In this document: piece after piece, positions 60,613-64,000 of the stretch
Layout: the number at the start of each line of letters is the position of its first letter
How positions within the stretch are numbered: the stretch's first letter is position 1
From: an uncultured bacterium
GTDB lineage: Bacteria; Verrucomicrobiota; Verrucomicrobiia; Limisphaerales; UBA8199
Assembly (NCBI GenBank): GCA_963749495.1
Contig: CAVVMW010000006.1
Span: forward strand, 480,001 to 544,000
Direction: 5' to 3'
DNA length: 64,000 nt
The notes under the pieces: generated by a model
What the model saw: the letters and a program-made list of their open reading frames with translations, nothing else
What the model was told of the DNA's origin: nothing
Databases searched by the model: none
Made by a program: the position numbers and the translations under genes

Positions 60613-61165
60613 ACCTAGTTTGACCCGGAGCGACGGGTCGGTTTCGCAGTCGTCAACTATGGCGTTGTAATGGGCCAGCAGAGCCGCCAGAGTGACTTTG
60701 CATACCTCGGCCTTGAAGAGGCTGCGCTCGTAAACATTCGCCGTGAGGAACTAAACAGCGTCCAGCACGTCAACTCGATCCTTTAGCTCGAAAGTTTTTA
60801 GGATGAACTCGGCAGGCCGGACAGCTTCGCCAAGGGTGATTATCAGTGGTTTGAGTCCTGCCCTGATGTTCTCGGCGCATTTCCTGACGAGCGCTTCTGT
60901 TGGATGCGTGGTTACGTGGATGACGACGGCTTCAAGCTGGTAATCTGCGTGGCGGTCGGTCGAATGGTCGGCAACTGAAAAGCCGTGGTGTTCAATTTTG
61001 CCTGGACCTACCACGAGGTCGAGTTTAGCACCGACAAGATGCTGGAGCATGGCACCCACGTAATCCGTACCCCCGCCTGTAATTTGGAGTTCGCCGGCCT
61101 GGGCGAGTAAATCGTTGATGCTAGCGCAGAGGGACTTGCCGGCGTCTATGCGAAACACGATCTGC
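60613..61165 (-). pseudogene. DUF4928-like putative restriction-associated protein, 5' truncated with in-frame TAG at 60751-60753
   Basis: GAMLQHLVGAKL, SVAD..T.R.ADY, IHVTT.PTEAL..KC..N; after the TAG the frame continues FLTANVYERSLF...YNAIVDDCETDPSLRVKLG. Confidence 0.7.
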
Positions 61166-61402
61166 CGTTTCTGAACGGCGCGCCCAGCACTGATTCGTCT
61201 TCTCACGCCACGCGTGAACAGGCCTCGCTGGAACCCTCGTTCCTGCAGAACGCGATCTGCCTTTGCGGCAACGAGCTCAAAGCCACCGAGAGCATTGATG
61301 GCTTCTTCCTCCTCAGGCGAAAGGGGAAATGGTGTGTTCAAAGGCGATGACCGCCGCTGGGGCGGGAGGTGTTGGGCCGCGGCAATATAGGGCATGGGGG
61401 AT

Positions 61403-61741
61403 TCAACTCTTGCCTGAAATTTCCACCAGCTTATCCCCACCGCTGATGAGCTGGATGGCCCTCGGTAGGGTCGTTTTTAAGAGGCTGCACAGTGCTGAGT
61501 TGCTGGTGTTGCCGCAGGTGAGCCAGATCACCGACGGAGGTGGGCCGAGCCGCTCCACCATCTCGGCGAAGTCCGAGTCTTTGGTCATTACGATGGCGTT
61601 GGCTCGGCGGGCAGCGACAAAAATGTCTTTGTCCTTGGCATTGCGCAATCCGAGCTCGCGCACTGATTGTGCGGGGTGGCCGAATTTGGCTGCGATCCAT
61701 GCGGCCACTGCCGGGGAGATGTGGGCGTCGACCCAGATCAT
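61403..61741 (-). CDS. DUF5615 PIN-like toxin
   Basis: MIWVDAHISP, LGLRNAKDKDIF, MTKDSDF, GPPPSVIWLTCGNTS. Confidence 0.88.
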   Translation of the reverse strand: MIWVDAHISPAVAAWIAAKFGHPAQSVRELGLRNAKDKDIFVAARRANAIVMTKDSDFAEMVERLGPPPSVIWLTCGNTSNSALCSLLKTTLPRAIQLISGGDKLVEISGKS

Positions 61742-61953
61742 GGCGCGACTAAGATTGGATGGTTTAGCTTGCGGCTGGCGTACTTGAGGCAGGCCTGAAT
61801 GTCTTCGAGCTCGAGGTCGGGGAGTTCCCCCAGGACCTGTTGAGGAGTCAATCCGTTTGCCAGCAGGTCCAGGACGTCAACCACACGGATGCGCATGCCC
61901 CTGATGCACGGCCGTCCGCCGCATTGTTCCGGATCAATCGTTATGCGATTCAT
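61738..61953 (-). CDS. DUF433 antitoxin-like protein
   Basis: RITIDPEQCGGRPCIRGMRIRVVDVLDLLA; ATGA overlap with the toxin. Confidence 0.9.
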   Translation of the reverse strand: MNRITIDPEQCGGRPCIRGMRIRVVDVLDLLANGLTPQQVLGELPDLELEDIQACLKYASRKLNHPILVAP

Positions 61954-62099
61954 ACCGCCAAATTAGTCCAGCGCCGCCCTTGTTGCACGCACAATTGCTC
62001 GGGGCGGCTATGGGCCGGAGACGGCCTCACGGCTAGGAGGGACCATCGCGAGGTCGCGCGAATGATCCACAATGCGCGCGGGCATGATCTAAACCGTGG

Positions 62100-62849
62100 T
62101 CAACCAGGAGACATGAACTGTGGTTCTTTCCTCGTGAAGCGGAGCGCGGTCGAAAGAGGGTTACAGTAAATTATGTGAAATGGTGATTCTCGAAAGTTCT
62201 TGACTACGAAGAGGAAGAACCGGCCTGCGAGCGCCGAAGCCATTTCGTATTCTTTTGGCGTGAGGGAAAGGCCGCCGCTTCGCTCCGCGAGGCCTTTGAC
62301 CTCCACAGCAAGGAAATCGTCGGGGGTAGGAGGGTGAAGGCGGAAGTCGTACCCACAGCCTACTCGGGTGGTGTTCTCGAGCGTGCAGTTTTTGAACTGC
62401 CAGAGAGTTTGGAACACCGATTGGAAATAGTTTTCCGCCGCCAAGCCCGTAACGAGCCTCCTGGCAAACAAGGACTCTCCCTTTGTCAGGTCGCGCTTCG
62501 GCTCCAGCTCGCTCCAGGCACTCTCGTCGTAACCAGCAAATGACTTTATTAGTGCAGTGAATGTCGCGAGGTCCAGGTCTTTGTAGTCCTCAAAGACTTC
62601 TAGACAATACGCGCGCGTTGGGCGCTTGTGCCACCCCTTCCGCTTGTTCGGAAACAGCGGGTCGAATTCATCGCGGTAATTCTTGATTGAGGCTGGCTTG
62701 TGGCCTAGTGCGTAGCCGATAACATTGAACGCTTCGATGAAGCTGTCGAAGCCAAGTTCGTTGAGCCCAACGGTGTCGTACTTCGAGAGGTAAAGTCCGG
62801 TGAGAATCAGTTTCTCTCGCGGTGCGATTTGGTGCGGATCGAGGAGCAT
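62100..62849 (-). CDS. DUF3883 (NOV-C) PD-(D/E)XK nuclease-like protein
   Basis: TGLAAENYF...GCGYDF...AVEVKG...LTPKE motif; lower GC than the flanks. Confidence 0.78.
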   Translation of the reverse strand: MLLDPHQIAPREKLILTGLYLSKYDTVGLNELGFDSFIEAFNVIGYALGHKPASIKNYRDEFDPLFPNKRKGWHKRPTRAYCLEVFEDYKDLDLATFTALIKSFAGYDESAWSELEPKRDLTKGESLFARRLVTGLAAENYFQSVFQTLWQFKNCTLENTTRVGCGYDFRLHPPTPDDFLAVEVKGLAERSGGLSLTPKEYEMASALAGRFFLFVVKNFRESPFHIIYCNPLSTALRFTRKEPQFMSPG

Positions 62850-63265
62850 GGATGGTGCTTTCTGTTAGTTCGCGCATTGTCAACACTGGTCCGAGGTAAC
62901 GGGGAGCCGAGCGCCGGGGAGCCCGTGGCGGGCACCCGCCAGCCGGCTTGGCGCAGCAAACGGTTGGTGCTGCGGTCCCGCGCTGCATTGCGGGAGATTT
63001 TGTTCTGCCAGTGTTCCCGATTACCCTGAGGCATTCTGCAGTGCCAGCGGCAGCCATGCCAGAAGCAGCCGTCCACGAAAATGGCCAAGCGTTGCCGGCC
63101 AAAAATGAAGTCAGGGCACCCGGGTAAGGGTTGGTGTCTGCGCCAACCGGTGAGGCCCGCTGCGCGGAGGATGGCCGCGAGCCTAAGCTCGGTCGCTTTG
63201 TTGCCGCGCGAGCGGATGGCGGCCATCACTTGGGCACGCTTCTCTTTTGTGAATTGGTCCGGCAC
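62807..63265 (-). pseudogene. vsr: Very-short-patch repair endonuclease, C-terminus replaced
   Basis: GTG 63265: PDQFTKEKRAQVMAAIRSRGNKATE...LPGCPDF...IFVDGCFWHGC...W..KI.RN..RD...AGWRV, but the usual following WE motif is missing. Confidence 0.8.
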
Positions 63266-63699
63266 GCTGTCAACGTTGCGCAACCCTCGCATGCGGCGCG
63301 GACGATTGCACCACAAAAGTGTCGGCCCCCATCCTTTGAAGCGCCCGTGGGGATTGACGCGGCCGCGCCAGTTGAACCAGAAACAACCGGGGAAGCCTGA
63401 TCCGCTGACTCGATGAAGTGGTTCGGTGTGGCCGAGCCGATCCAAATCCAGGGCGTTACCTCTCTCGGCGGCTCGGCCACGGGCCGGACAGGAGGGGATG
63501 GCGGAGGGCCATCTGATCACAGCCCGATGGAATCTTCGTTGCGCTGGCCGAAGCAGTTGCGGAGGGCCTCGCAGAGGCGGATGATCCGGAGTTCGTTGTG
63601 GTCTTTCAACTGCCAAAGCCAACCGCCGAAGGCCCTGGGAATTGCGCTTGAGCTCGGTCGAATCGAATCTTTTCAGTGCAACCGGCGGTGGGTTTGGTT

Positions 63700-63918
63700 A
63701 TGAGCATGAGCGCGAAGGCTGAGGCGATTTTGGAACAGTCTGAGGGACTGCCCCCGGACGAACAACGGGCGTTGTGCCGGGAATTGGAGCGGTGGTTCGC
63801 CGTAAAGCCGGCCTGGGAACTCTACGGTCAACCACTGAGGGACGAGGACATTGCCGAAAGCGCCCTCGTCACCTTCGCGGCGCTCGACGAGGAGGAAAAG
63901 CGTGCCCGCTCGCGGTGA
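63700..63918 (+). CDS. Small acidic putative antitoxin
   Basis: MSAKAEAILEQ..LPPDEQRAL...TFAALDEEE; overlaps a PemK-like start. Confidence 0.55.
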   Translation: MSMSAKAEAILEQSEGLPPDEQRALCRELERWFAVKPAWELYGQPLRDEDIAESALVTFAALDEEEKRARSR

Positions 63919-63985
63919 GGTCTGGCTCGTGGACCTGGGGGTGATCGAGAAGGTCTGGCCGCCTGTTGGACCAGGTTCAAGGTAA
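63902..63985 (+). pseudogene. Truncated PemK/MazF-like toxin
   Basis: GTG CCC GCT CGC GGT GAG GTC TGG gives (M)PARGEVWLVDLG..EKVWP, then TAA after 27 codons. Confidence 0.6.
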
Positions 63986-64000
63986 CCGGACGTGCCTTGC

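Noticed and set aside
60751..60753. Stop-codon recoding (pyrrolysine or amber reassignment)
   Set aside because: TAG terminates several intact genes here (e.g. exbB, gspE, phoH-like), no pyl genes are seen, and the gene is also 5' truncated.
63270..63700. Overlapping short ORFs upstream of vsr
   Set aside because: No frame gives a recognisable family; likely degraded sequence.
1..64000. tRNA, rRNA, integrase or full-length transposase genes
   Set aside because: None recognised by eye; a tRNAscan/Infernal/ISEScan run would be needed to exclude them formally.

Overview
GC-rich bacterial chromosomal window. The gene repertoire and repeat families suggest Verrucomicrobiota, probably subdivision 3 (Pedosphaera/Limisphaera-like); this is an inference. 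From left to right it holds: a partial GspE/PilB ATPase; DUF1080 hydrolase, glutaredoxin and FHA-domain genes; an AmmeMemoRadiSam cluster whose enzymes carry export-like signals, interleaved with a membrane spermidine-synthase-like protein and a small His-containing membrane protein; a truncated four-helix-bundle gene; a filamentous-haemagglutinin-family gene followed by exbB-exbD-tonB-exbD; clpP-clpX-hyp-rnc-btpA; a LolD/FtsX-type ABC system; an Ada-like methyltransferase; a minus-strand type II secretion cluster (E,F,G,H,I,J,K,L/PilMN,M-like,D,lipoprotein) with a giant secretin (about 2,950 aa, about 29 Secretin_N repeats); PhoH, PurA-like, rsfS and nadD; a Tat-exported PaoABC-like molybdoenzyme; and a terminal patch of decayed toxin-antitoxin/restriction cassettes. 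The window is densely seeded with many families of palindromic and short-tandem-repeat elements, several of them inserted in frame inside genes. At least nine single-base frameshifts, including one in nadD, point to indel errors in the assembly rather than true pseudogenes. No rRNA, tRNA or CRISPR array was seen.
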